The translations under genes were made by a program, and so were the position numbers. From positions 9,238,001 to 9,302,000 of the forward strand of contig NC_086108.1 in the NCBI RefSeq assembly GCF_963921235.1: 64,000 nt of DNA, written 5' to 3'. Below the pieces are notes generated by a model. It worked only from the letters and a program-made list of their open reading frames with translations, searched no databases and had not been told where the DNA came from. The number at the start of each line of letters is the position of its first letter. The first letter of the stretch is position 1. Below, in pieces: positions 12,530 to 23,354 of this stretch. This stretch comes from Mobula hypostoma. Lineage: Eukaryota.

Positions 12530-13350
12530 CAAATAATATGGCGGCGCTGCATCGCGCATATGCTTTATCATCCCCAGCCGGGGTGCGAACTACCATCCAA
12601 TCAGCTCCGGCCACCGTAACACGTGGTACGCATCTTGATCACGTGCTCAACATGGCCGCGCGGTCCATCGGCCCCCGCGCCACGTGGTGAAAGCGCGGGT
12701 TCGGCCGCAGCCCCTGTGTCACGTGGGCGCGAGTTCTAGGGTCGGTCCATCCGCGAAAGCGGAGGGGATGACAATAATTTATTTCTCCCTCATGACCTGA
12801 ATGCTCACTCCAGAAACTCTGGCAAGCAGTCAGTTGACGCTAATATAGTAACTATTCTCATTGGAGACTAAAACGGGAGGTTTTAGGTACTCTGTGCGGG
12901 TAGTAGTTGTGAAGGAGTCACAGGAGCACCCCTCCCCGCTGCGGGCAGATAGCTGGGCCCGGCCCGGCGCGCGGGGCTCGCCGGGATATTTTTGAATGAG
13001 CGCCGCCAATTCCATCGGCCGCGACGCCACCGGAGCCGGTCGTCGCCGCCAACCGACCCAGGTGGGGTGTGGGAAGGCTACACCGGGGCGGCGAGCGAGG
13101 CTCAGGGCTTGCGGGGAGGGGGTGGTGGATGGAGAAAGGCGGAGGTAGTGAGCGGGGATGTCGACCGCAGCGTCGAAGGGAACAGGCCTCAGGCTTCGGG
13201 CGCAGGTGGGTGGTATTTGGCGGGAGGGCGACCTCTGGGGTTGGGCGACAGCGGTTGATGTCCGGAGCCCTGACCACAGGCTGGAGGTGAGGACGCGGGA
13301 CCCCGATTACCCGGGAGGGTGGTGATCACGGGCAGGGGCAGGCGTAGGGT
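12530..13350 (+). promoter_or_regulatory. CpG-island promoter of znf541
   Basis: The only strongly CpG/GC-rich non-repeat segment. Contains CACGTG at 12620, 12640, 12681 and 12720, CCAATCAG near 12597, YY1-like ATGGCGGC/ATGGCCGC, TTTGAA at 12991 and TTTGGCGGGA at 13216. Confidence 0.8.
13000..13286 (+). other. znf541: Probable non-coding exon 1 of znf541 (start approximate)
   Basis: Good splice donor GAG|GTGAGG at 13286/13287 at the 3' edge of the CpG island, upstream of the first coding exon. The TSS cannot be determined. Confidence 0.45.
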
Positions 13351-14870
13351 AGGGTCGAGGGCTTTGATTTCTTGATTAGAGGATTTGAGGTTTCCTGGGG
13401 AGGACCTGCAGTTAATCTCCCCTCCCTCACTAGTTTTCACCTCCCAGCCCTGCCTCCCTCCCACCACCAAGGCCGAGGGCAGCGGGGAGGGGTGGGACGC
13501 CTCCTCTCTCAGGGTTTCCCTCCAAACCACACAGCACCCCTACCAGGACTGGGTCTCTGTCCTGGTATTTAAGGTCAAGTCAAGTTAGGTTTGTTGGAAT
13601 TTAACTATATACATGTATACCGTTAAAGGATGCAACGTTTCTCCGGAACAGTAGTACATATAACATCCATATAACACACAATAACTTAGGAAGGTTAAAT
13701 AAACAGATTAATGTGCATAATTATTGTAGGATACAGTAAAAATTATCTAGTGCCACTTCAAACTAGATGCAGGGAGTTCAGAAGCCTAATGGCCTGAGGG
13801 AAGAAACTGTTTCCCACCCTGACCATTCGTGTTTTATGGATTGGAGTCTCTTGCCTGATGGTAGAAGGCCAAAGAGGATGCTGGATGGCTGGGTGGGATC
13901 CTTTATAATGTTAAGGATCCTGTGTACGCAGCGCTCCTGATTACGGCTCCTGGTACCACAGCTGTTCAATAAAAGCTGCCCAACCAAAGGACAAGTCAGG
14001 AAATAAGAAAACTTGCCCTTTACTTCGCCTTTACACTTCCCCCCTCTAACCTTATAATCCTGTCTTCTAGTGTTTGACATTTCTACCCTGAGGAAAAATT
14101 AAGATTGTCTACCTTATCTATGCCTCTCACGGTTAACCTCATTTCCTTCTTCGAATGACCATCCCCTCTTTTTGAAACACCTCGTTATTGAACCCCACAC
14201 CTTAGCTAGGATGAACACCAGATTTTCCCAAGTTTATCATTTTTATCAAATGCTGGCCTTGGCATGGAGGTATTTTGCACCTTGACCTCAGAGGAATGGG
14301 GTTTCATTTAGCTGTATACATGTGTATGGTTGAATGACAATAAACTTGAACTGGAAAGTTGATACATCTTTAATGAACTGGGAAGTTTTAGACTGAAATT
14401 AACAGAAACTTATTAAATGAGGGATACAAGCTAAGTTTATATTTAATTTCTTTTGTAATATTTGGTAATTATTCACATGCAGAACTCAGTTAAGTGTCAA
14501 CCATGTGTAGGATCATAAAGTGACATATTTTACCAATCCTGAATTTCAAGTGTTAGGTCCTAGAATAACATGAGGACATCTTGTTCATTGTTATTCCCGA
14601 TATTTTAATAGAAAATGCTCACACTATCCAGGAGCGTGCTCTCATTGAGCCACGCCTCCCAGCAATCCATCGATTTAACCCTAGCCTAATCACTTACAAT
14701 GACTAATCAGTCTATCAACCGATATGTCTTTGGACTGTGGGAGGAAACCAGAGCACCCGGAGGAAACTCACACAGTCACAGGGAGAACATACAACCTTCT
14801 TACAGGCAGTAATGGGAAGTGAATCTGGGTCGCCTGTGCTGTTGTGCTAACCACTTGGCTACCTTACCAC

Positions 14871-17364
14871 CCCCTCTTAACAGTTTTTATGCCATGGACC
14901 CATTTGGCAGTCTGGTGAAGCTTGTGATTTAGATATAGAAACTAAGCTATGTAGGATTTCAAAAGAAACCAATTATATTGAAATGCAGTTTTCAAAATAT
15001 AAAATAAACTAGTACTTTGAACTTTGAATCTTAGTAATATCATCATCATCAGGTGCCATGCCCAGTTTGAGCTTTGACTGCCATGGCCCACACACTCCTG
15101 TTTCGGGTCAAGTGGATCAATTCATTGGTATTCATTATCAGTTCTCTGGCTGCTGTCTCCATCATCATTGTTTTCCACTTGCTTTCTTCCCTTCAGTCTT
15201 TCCCATAATTACCGTGCATTCTAACTCCTCTTTCCTAATCACATGTCCAATGAAGTTACGTTGCCTTTTCATGATCTCATACATTATTTCTCTTTTTGTG
15301 TTTGCTCTGTTCATGACACCCTCGTTAGATATTCGTTTTGTCCATGATATTCTTTGCATCCTCCTCAAAAACCACATCTCTGCTGCTACAATTCATTTCT
15401 TCATGTTATTAGATATTGTCCAATATTCTGAGCTATATAACATTTCAGTACTGTGAGGCAGGTTGTCATGCCTAGTTTAGTATTGGACAGTATACTCTTC
15501 ATTCTCGTAAAGGTGTCTTTTGCCATCCCTATTCTTCTTTTGATGTCCAAGTCGCACCTGCCATCTGATGTCACCCAGCTTCCTAAGTAGCAAAAGTTCT
15601 TTACTTGTTTTATGTCTTCCCCATTTATTCTCAGCCTGCAGTTAGGATTCTCCTTCTTTTTGGATGTCACCATACATTCTGTCTTTTTGCACTTTCTTCA
15701 ACAATTATATCAATTAAGTTTTGTAGGTCTTCCTCCGTACTTGCAATTAACACAGTGTTGTCTGCATATCTGAAATTATTGATGTTTTCATCGCCAACTT
15801 TGATTCCCAAGATGTCTGTTATTTTTTGTAATATTGTTTCACTGTACACATTAAATAAATCAGGGGAGAAAACACACCCTTGTCTAACGCCTCTCTTGAT
15901 TTTCGTAAACTGACTCACTTCTCCATCTATTCTTACAGTGGCAGTTTGTTCCCAGTACAGATTTCTGGTTAGGCGGATGTCTTTCGAATCTAGATCTAGA
16001 GTTTTCTGTAATACTTCAAATAACTTATTGTGCTTCACTTTATCAAATGCTTTTGTGTAGTCGATAAAACAAACAAATCTTTTTGCACTTGAATAGCTCG
16101 TTCTGATAGTATCCTTAACATCAATATTGCATTTCTTGTACCTTTATCTTTCACAGAATCACATTGTCCTTTGCCTATTTCAGCTTGTATCTTACTTTTA
16201 GCTCTTGTCATTAAAATTCTTAAAGTATTATGGTCCTATGTAATTCACATTCTATTGCTCCAATATCATCTCTTCTGGTATTATTCCAGTCTCATAAATG
16301 TCATTGATTAAATCAGTTAGTTTTTCAATTCCATAATCTTCAAGGGCGATAATTTGTTCTATTACAAATTTATCAGGACCTGCTGCCTTTCCTTTCTTCA
16401 TCTTATTTATTGCATTACAAACTTCAGATTTTAAAATACTTGGACCGTCAATGTTTTTCTTAATTTCTGGTTTTTTGCCTTGATCGTCTTCAAACGATTC
16501 CTGAATATACTCAGTCCATCTGTTCATAATCTCATTTTTTTTCATGATAATGGTACTATCCTTTGCTTGCAAACATCACCTGAAGAACAGGAGCTTTTTA
16601 CCAGTGATATTCTTGATATGTTGGTATAACCTTTTTGGATCAGTAATAGGGATTCTTTCTATTTGCTCACATTTCTGGTTTAATCATTCTTCTTTGGCTT
16701 TTTGACATAAGCTTTTAACTTTTTAATCTAAGGACTTGTATTCTATTGGATTTGCTTTCTTCCGTCTCCTTTTTTCCATTGGATTTTTGATTTCCTCTGT
16801 CATCCATTTATTCTTTGTGCTTTTTTCTTTTTTTAGGAATCACTGACTTTGTTGATTCTACCAAGGCATCGTTTAGAGAGTTAAATTTCATTTCTACGTG
16901 ATTGCTATCATCTTCAATAGATTCTATTTCTAGACTTTGAAATCTATTCCTTACTTCAATTGTAAATTTTTGTCTTAAGTTTTCTTCTTTAATTAATTGC
17001 AAGTAGTCAAGGGATTGTTCAGGTATTTTCTACTTTAGTTTTTTAAGTTTTACTTTTACATGACATATATGTGCTTCTTTATTAATGCAACAAATAACTA
17101 CTGTAATTTTGAAGTAATGGTGCGTGTGCTTTAAATGGTATTTTGAAATATTTGTAACAGCTGTAATGTGATATGAAAATATCTGTGATTTCTATTGGTG
17201 ACAAAGTCACAGGGTCTGCTAATCCTACTGTGGTTGTTGCCTACATCATCATTGAAGGAGCTAAATTTCCGTTAGAAGTTAGTTAAAATAAAGATGTAAT
17301 TTTTACCATCCTAGTTCATGGATCCCCTGGAATCTATCCACGGACCCCCAGTTAAGAACCCCTG
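14871..17364. mobile_element. Non-autonomous hAT-Charlie-like DNA transposon, split by an RTE insertion
   Basis: Left end TTTATGCCATGGACCC, right end CACGGACCCCCAGTTAAGAACCCCTG. GGACCC subterminal repeats are shared with MITEs at 17702-17781, 18309-18385 and 23935-24009. Confidence 0.6.
15040..17067 (-). mobile_element. 5'-truncated RTE-clade LINE
   Basis: KAAGPD, GVRQGCVFSPDLFNVYSE, NNFRYADNTVLIA, FCYLGSWVTSDGRCDLDIKRRI and MWFLRRMQRISWTKRISNE. 3' tail (TGA)n at 15040-15051. Confidence 0.9.
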
Positions 17365-17701
17365 ATTTAAAATATATATAACTGCATGTAACATATGCCT
17401 CTTTCCTCACAATAGATCTCCCACCATTCAGCAACAAAATGAGGCAATCACGGACCAGCAATAATAATCCCTATTGTTTTCTCAGCTTGCTACAAAATAC
17501 CATGGAAGTGAGCCCTGCGATTAAATGCACACCAGTAGTACCAATTTCTTGTTAAATTATCAGTTAGAGAAATATACAGCCACCTCAGTTATGGCACAAT
17601 TATAGCCTCTTACATGAAAAGGGATAGCAGAGGAACAAACCCTTCAATTGACCGTGTCTGCATCAACCATGATGTTAATCCAATTAAACCCATCTGCTAA
17701 C

Positions 17702-17781
17702 CAAGGGTTCCCAACTCGGGGTCCATGGACCCCTTGCTTAATGGTATTGGTCCAAGGTATAGAACAGGTTGGGAAACCCTG
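17702..17781. mobile_element. Short hAT-type MITE (further copies at 18309-18385 and 23935-24009)
   Basis: TIR-like AGGGTTCCCAAC ... GTTGGGAAACCCTG with an internal GGGGTCCATGGACCCC palindrome. Confidence 0.65.
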
Positions 17782-17869
17782 ATCTATCACCTTCTATTCC
17801 CTGCCTGTCCATGTGTGTGTCTAAGTGCATCTTTAAATACATTGAACACAGTAAAAGTTAAACCTTATC

Positions 17870-18265
17870 CTACTACCCATTATACCGCTAGAGTTTAGGG
17901 CAGCAATGAAGGTCGTCCATCTCTGGCGGTGTTCAGAGTTTCCTTCATTGTGTAAGTAGCTTCCTCTTGGTTTTCACTACTGTCAGTCATGCATGTCTTG
18001 CATGGAGACTCAGGAATACCGTCGCGGTAGAAGGATTCTTCATTGCAGTTTCTGTAACAATTTTATTTTACCAGCCAGGGTTGATAGCTCCGAGCTGAAC
18101 ACCCAAACCTGGAGGGCCGGTGGACCACTCTTGGTCTGGCCTCTGTCCTTTCACCTGTTTGGCTTGGGTGACCCTACCAAGAGTCAAAGCATAAAGCCCC
18201 GACTCCAGTCAACACAGCCCTCCTGGTCATTGAGGCATGCAAACCTCAAAGCCACAACAGAGGAA
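17870..18265. mobile_element. Dispersed non-autonomous retro-repeat; copies at 24147-24580, 60515-60810 (opposite orientation) and 61543-61855
   Basis: Shared blocks TTTAGGGCAGCAATGAAGGTC and GGATTCTTCATTGC...CTGAACC...GGACCACTCTT.GTCTGGCCT. CTTACTTA end in two copies. Confidence 0.7.
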
Positions 18266-18578
18266 AAGTTAAATGTATCGTTGTAATTTAGTGAGGCATT
18301 GTTTAGATTGGGCTCCCAAATTTTTTATCCCATGGACCAATACTGTTAAGCAAGGGGTCCGTGGACCCCCAGGTTGGGAACCCCTGGTTTAGATTGAAGC
18401 TGGCGGGGTTGCACATGGAGATACTTAAGGTGAAATGGTATAAAAATGTAGGTCTTGGTAATCTGAAATTAAGACAAGAAACACTGTGAAAGTCAGCCAG
18501 CATCTGTGGAAAAGGAAGCAATTAAGGTTAAGGAATATCTGTGGTAGGGTGGAGCTTAGGAGAAACAGAGTGACACCC

Positions 18579-18606
18579 TATGATGATGATGATGATGATG
18601 ATGATG
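18579..18606. repeat. (GAT)n microsatellite
   Basis: About 9 ATG/GAT units, read directly. Confidence 0.9.
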
Positions 18607-18944
18607 GTTGGGAGGAGGTGGTGAAGGTTTGTTAATGCTGCTCTGGAGGAGATTTAAATGGGGGGAGATGGATGAGGACGGAAGGAAAAGAGTTTAAAGA
18701 AAGACAATTTTCAACCTGCTGAGATACAGACACAGCAGTTGCTGGAAATCTACACTAATAGAGAATTCTGGTCATGCCATGCAGGCATCAACAGTTGAAC
18801 TAGAACTAGCCCGTTGTGGTATTGATTACATTTTTTAAAGTTGTTGCTGAGGACCATAACATGCCTAGCTGGAACTCGAGACACTTGGGTTTTGTCCATG
18901 CTGGAGTGAGGTGTCCTGGGGCATCCCCAGTATCTAGTTCCAGT

Positions 18945-19466
18945 CACCTGGGGAATGCAGGTGTCCTGTTCCAGTCATCCAGCATACACCTGGGGAATGC
19001 AGGTGTCCTGGTCCAGTCATCCAGCATACACCTGGGGAATGCAGGTGTCCTGTTCCAGTCATCCAGCATACACCTGGGGAATGCAGGTGTCCTGGTCCAG
19101 TCATCCAGCATACACCTGGGGAATGCAGGTGTCCTGTTCCAGTCATCCAGCATACACCTGGGGAATGCAGGTGTCCTGGTCCAGTCATCCAGCAGACACC
19201 TGGGGAATGCAGGTGTCCTGTTCCAGTCATCCAGCATACACCTGGGGAATGCAGGTGTCCTGTTCCAGTCATCCAGCATACACCTGGGGAATGCAGGTGT
19301 CCTGGTCCAGTCATCCAGCAGACAGCTGGGGAATGCAGGTGTCCTGTTCCAGTCATCCAGCATACACTTGGGGAATGCAGGTGTCCTGGTCCAGTCATCC
19401 AGCAGACACCTGGGGAATGCAGGTGTCCTGGTCCAGTCATCCAGCATACACCTGTGGAATGCAGGT
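18945..19466. repeat. 42-bp minisatellite, 12 full units plus a partial unit
   Basis: Unit CACCTGGGGAATGCAGGTGTCCTG(T/G)TCCAGTCATCCAGCA(T/G)A, starting at 18945, 18987 ... 19449. Confidence 0.97.
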
Positions 19467-20084
19467 ACCTCATTCCAATCATACATTTGTGTCTGTGTGT
19501 AGTCAGTGGGTAATCCATTCCAGCAAGGAAATTGTAGCTGGATTTGTGTCAACACTTGGGAAACCTGACCATTAGTGTCACATACCTCAGTGGCTAACCA
19601 GATTCTGGTGGTGGTGGAGCTCAGATTTTTGCTGGACTTTGAGGACGTATTGACACTTCAGTAGATTACTTACCTATAGCTAATAGGAAGTGGCTATGAC
19701 TCTGGACTATTGAAAATACACTATTTGCATTCCTATCACTGCCACTCCAGTATGGCTGTTAACAGTCTTAAGCCAGGCTGGACTGTGTTAGACTGGCCAT
19801 CCAGTGCTGCTTGACATACCCTTCAAGGCTGTCCGTGGGTGAGCACTGAGAAGAAGCAATGGCACAAACAATGGCAGGCAAGAAGGGAATCCATATAACA
19901 GAGTAGTCTACAACTGTAATTGTGGCCTTGATTAAATTTTTGGCATGTTGATATTTCCTGGTTTTGTTTTATACATTTTGGTGGTCACTAATTGAGGGAT
20001 GGTTCTCTTGACTCTAAAGACTCCATTCCCAACTCTGCTCCACTCTGAACTCGTTTTTCTACCTGTTCTTCTATTATTGAAACT

Positions 20085-20772
20085 CAGTGTGTCCTGGACC
20101 CATTATATAACTGTAATTGCAAAGAAAGCACAATGGCACCTCTGCTTTCCTAGGAGTCTGTGGAGATATAGCATGACATCAAAAACCTTGGCAAACTTCT
20201 ATCTATGTATAGTGGAAGGTTTATTGACTGGCTGTGTTACGGCCTGGTATGGGAGCAGCAATGCCCCTGAGCAGAAAATCCTTCGAAAGGTAGTAGATTC
20301 ATCCCAGTGCATCATGGGTAAATCTCCCCCAACCATTGAGCACATCTACATGAAACGCTGTTGCAGGAAAGCAGCATCCATCATCAAAGATCCCCACCAC
20401 CCAGGCCATGCTCTCTTCTTGCTGCTGCCATCAGGCAGAAGGTACAAGAGCCTCAGGACTCACACCACCAGGTTCAAGAACAGTTACTACCTCTCAACCA
20501 TCAGGGAACAAAAGAGGATAGCTACACTCTTCTATTGAGATGTTCCCACAATAATTATCTCACTTTAAAGACACTATCTTGTTAACTCATGCTCTTGTAG
20601 TTTATTGCTGTTTGTTTATAGTTACATTTCAACAGTATGTTGTCTTCTATGCTTTTGATCCTGTTTACAGTTACTATTATAGATTTGCTGAGTATGCCTG
20701 CAGGAAAAAGAATCTCAGGGTTGTATGTGATGACATGTATGTACTCTGACAATAAATTTTATTTTGAACTCT
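20085..20772 (+). mobile_element. Rex1/Babar-like LINE 3' fragment
   Basis: KKAQWHLCFPRSL...KAASIIKDPHHPGHALFLLLPSGRRY...RFKNSY, then AATAAA and a TTTGAAC tail. Confidence 0.85.
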
Positions 20773-21059
20773 GAAATCTCAGTGTCTGGCCACCTCTTCA
20801 ATCCCCGTCTTCACCCTCCTTCACACACCAATCTTGAAATGTGGTCATTTCTATGGTGTACTCAAGGTGTTGGGTAAATAGAGCACTTTTCCCATGGCAT
20901 TCTCAATCAGCTGTTAGTTTTTTTCAGTCTGAAGTTCATCCCTGTCAGTGTCTGACTTCTGACCAGCATTTTACAAGGGCAGATATAATACTAGGAACTC
21001 ATCATGTGGGTAACTGTGAATTTGAGCATTTTGTTTTAAACAATCTGCAAGTCTACAAA

Positions 21060-22102
21060 TGTAATTAGTGGAATTCTGCAGGGATCTGTGCTGGGACCTC
21101 TGCTGTTTGTGATGACCTGGATGAAAACGTAGATGGGTGGGTTGGTAAGTTTGTGGATGATACCAAGATTGGTGGAGTTCTGGATTGTGTAGAAGGCTGG
21201 CAAAGAATACAGTGCGATATAGATCAGTTGCAGATAGGGCAAGAGAAATGGCAGTTGGAATTTAACTCAGATAAATGTGAGGTGTTGCACCTCGGCAGGG
21301 AAAATGCAAGGAAAAGTACACTGTTGAGGGCAAGACACTTAACAGTGTTGCTGAGCAGAGAGATCTTGGGGTCCAAGTTCATAGCTCCTTGAAAGTGGCT
21401 ACAAAGATTGATGGAGTGGTTAAGAAGGCTTATGGAATACTTGCTTTTATTAGTCGAGGCATTGAGTTCAAAAGTCAAGAGGTTATGTTACAACGTTGTA
21501 AAACTGATTAGGACACAACTGAAGTTTTGCATACAGTTCTGGTCACCCCACTACAGGAAGGATGTCGAGGCTTTGGAGAGGATGCAGAAGAGGTTCACCG
21601 GGATGCCTGATTTAGGGGGCATGTGTCCTCATGAGAGGCTGGATAAACTTGGGTTGTTTTCTCTGGAGCGGTGGAGGCTGACGGGAGATCTGATAGAGGT
21701 GTATAAGTTTATGAGAGACACAGATAGAATAGACAGGGATTATCTGCTTCCCAGGGTTGAATTATCTAACACCAGAGGGCATGCTTTGAAGGTGTGAGAC
21801 AGTAGGTTCAAAGTGGATGTGAGGGGTAAGTTTTTTACTCAGAGAGTGGTGGATGTCTGGAATGTGCTGCCTGGTCTGGAGGTAGAGGCAAATACATTAG
21901 AGGCTTTTAGGACATGTTTGGATAGGCACATAGATGTGAGGAAGATGGAGGGATATTGGTATTGTGTAGGTAGGAGGGATCGTTTTTTGGGAGTTTTCTG
22001 ATTTACTTTTAGCTGCGTTGGCACAACTTTGGGCTGAAGTTTAAGTACAATGTTTAAATACATTTAATTCCTGAGCTGTACTGCTCTATGTTCTCTGTTC
22101 TA
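21060..22102 (+). mobile_element. Decayed CR1 3' fragment
   Basis: DDTKIGGV, WQLEFNSDKCEVLHLG, QFWSPHYRKDV and FFTQRVV motifs; TCTATGTTCT tail. Confidence 0.9.
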
Positions 22103-23047
22103 TAAATGATTAATATTATACTCTACAAATTTATTTGGAAGTGTTGTTTCTGGAGATTTAATTAATCAATGAAGTGTGCAATGAGTGAGACTATTTGGGT
22201 GCAATAATTTGAAAGCCAAAGCCAATTTTCTAATTAAGGTGCCAGATAGAATTATAGCTGGTTAATTTTACTAAGTTAGGCAAGACCGTCATCAATAGGA
22301 TGGCAAAATTATAGCCCTATTCTTCACATGCTCCACAATTTCACCCACCCTCTCAGTAGACACGGGAGATAGTGCAGAAATAAGGCAGATTTCTGCTTTG
22401 GGGGAGGCAGGAAGTTGCAGGGCAGGTGTCGGGTGTTATTGAACTCTCAATTAATCCACTATTAAGTATTTTAAAGTGTGCATTTTGGTTTTTTAGCTGG
22501 AGAAAAATTTTATTTCAAGGCACAGCATGGACTGGATCCTTCTAGCCCATCGAGCTATGCTGCCCAGCAACCCCCTGGTTTAAGCTGAGCCTCCTCATGG
22601 GACAATTTACAATGACCAAGTTAGCCTACCAACCAGTACATCTTTGGATTATGGAAGGAAACTGGGGCACCTAGAGGAAACGCACACATTCCAGAGAGGA
22701 CGTACAAACTTCTTACAGAGGGCACCAGAATTGAGCTCCTAACTCCGACGCCCCAAGCTGTAATAGCATTATGCTAACTGGAATGTCATCCCTGTAGGGT
22801 CTGTGTAAAAAATATTAAGTATCTAATGGAGAATTGTAGTTGAAAATTAGAAATTTATTTGTGTATATAGTACTCTAATTACCTACAAAGTTTCTGGAAA
22901 TCCAATCTACTGCTAAATTCTCTTGTATTTTAATATTGCAGTGATACTCCAGGAGTAAGGAGGACGCCTTTGATCAGGATCATTCTGTGAAAATTTGTTG
23001 CTTGCTGCTCACTTCTACAGAGAGACTTTGGTGCCAAAGCAGGAGCT

Positions 23048-23354
23048 ATGGATTGCTACAGCTTCACTGATGAAAACTCTCTCCAAACCAACATGCACCT
23101 GCCCTTGCCATCAGACAGTGAGTTGCCCATTGCAAGTAATATCCAGAGACAAGATTTCATCCCAGAGCCCGATGATATTATTTATGCGGGAATGAGAAAT
23201 ATAGACCTTGATTGTAACCTGGAGGCTGCAGAAATTCCTGGCGATCTGTTTGCTGACAGTTTAGATCTCTCCCTGTATACTGTAGATAAGGGATGTGATT
23301 CCCTAAAGATTCCCAGTGACTCCACGGACACAGATTCTCCACCCATGCTGCTAG
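23048..23354 (+). CDS. znf541: ZNF541 orthologue, first coding exon (exon probably starts at 22942; ATG 23048; phase-1 donor)
   Basis: MDCYSFTDENSLQTNMHLPLPSDSE...IIYAGM...DSLDLSLY...DSLK resembles the mammalian ZNF541 N-terminus as I recall it (MDQYSLGDEGALPSEMHLP...LYAGL...LDTLSLY...DSVK). Acceptor TTGCAG at 22941; donor CTAG|GTACTT. Confidence 0.85.

Noticed and set aside
12478..13588. Multiple short ORFs in the GC-rich region
   Set aside because: Expected in stop-poor CpG islands; no recognisable protein similarity.
18816..19575. Four overlapping repetitive ORFs of about 200 aa, or a CRISPR-like array
   Set aside because: These are a by-product of a 42-bp (multiple of 3) tandem repeat. 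There are no unique spacers or cas genes, and the DNA is eukaryotic.
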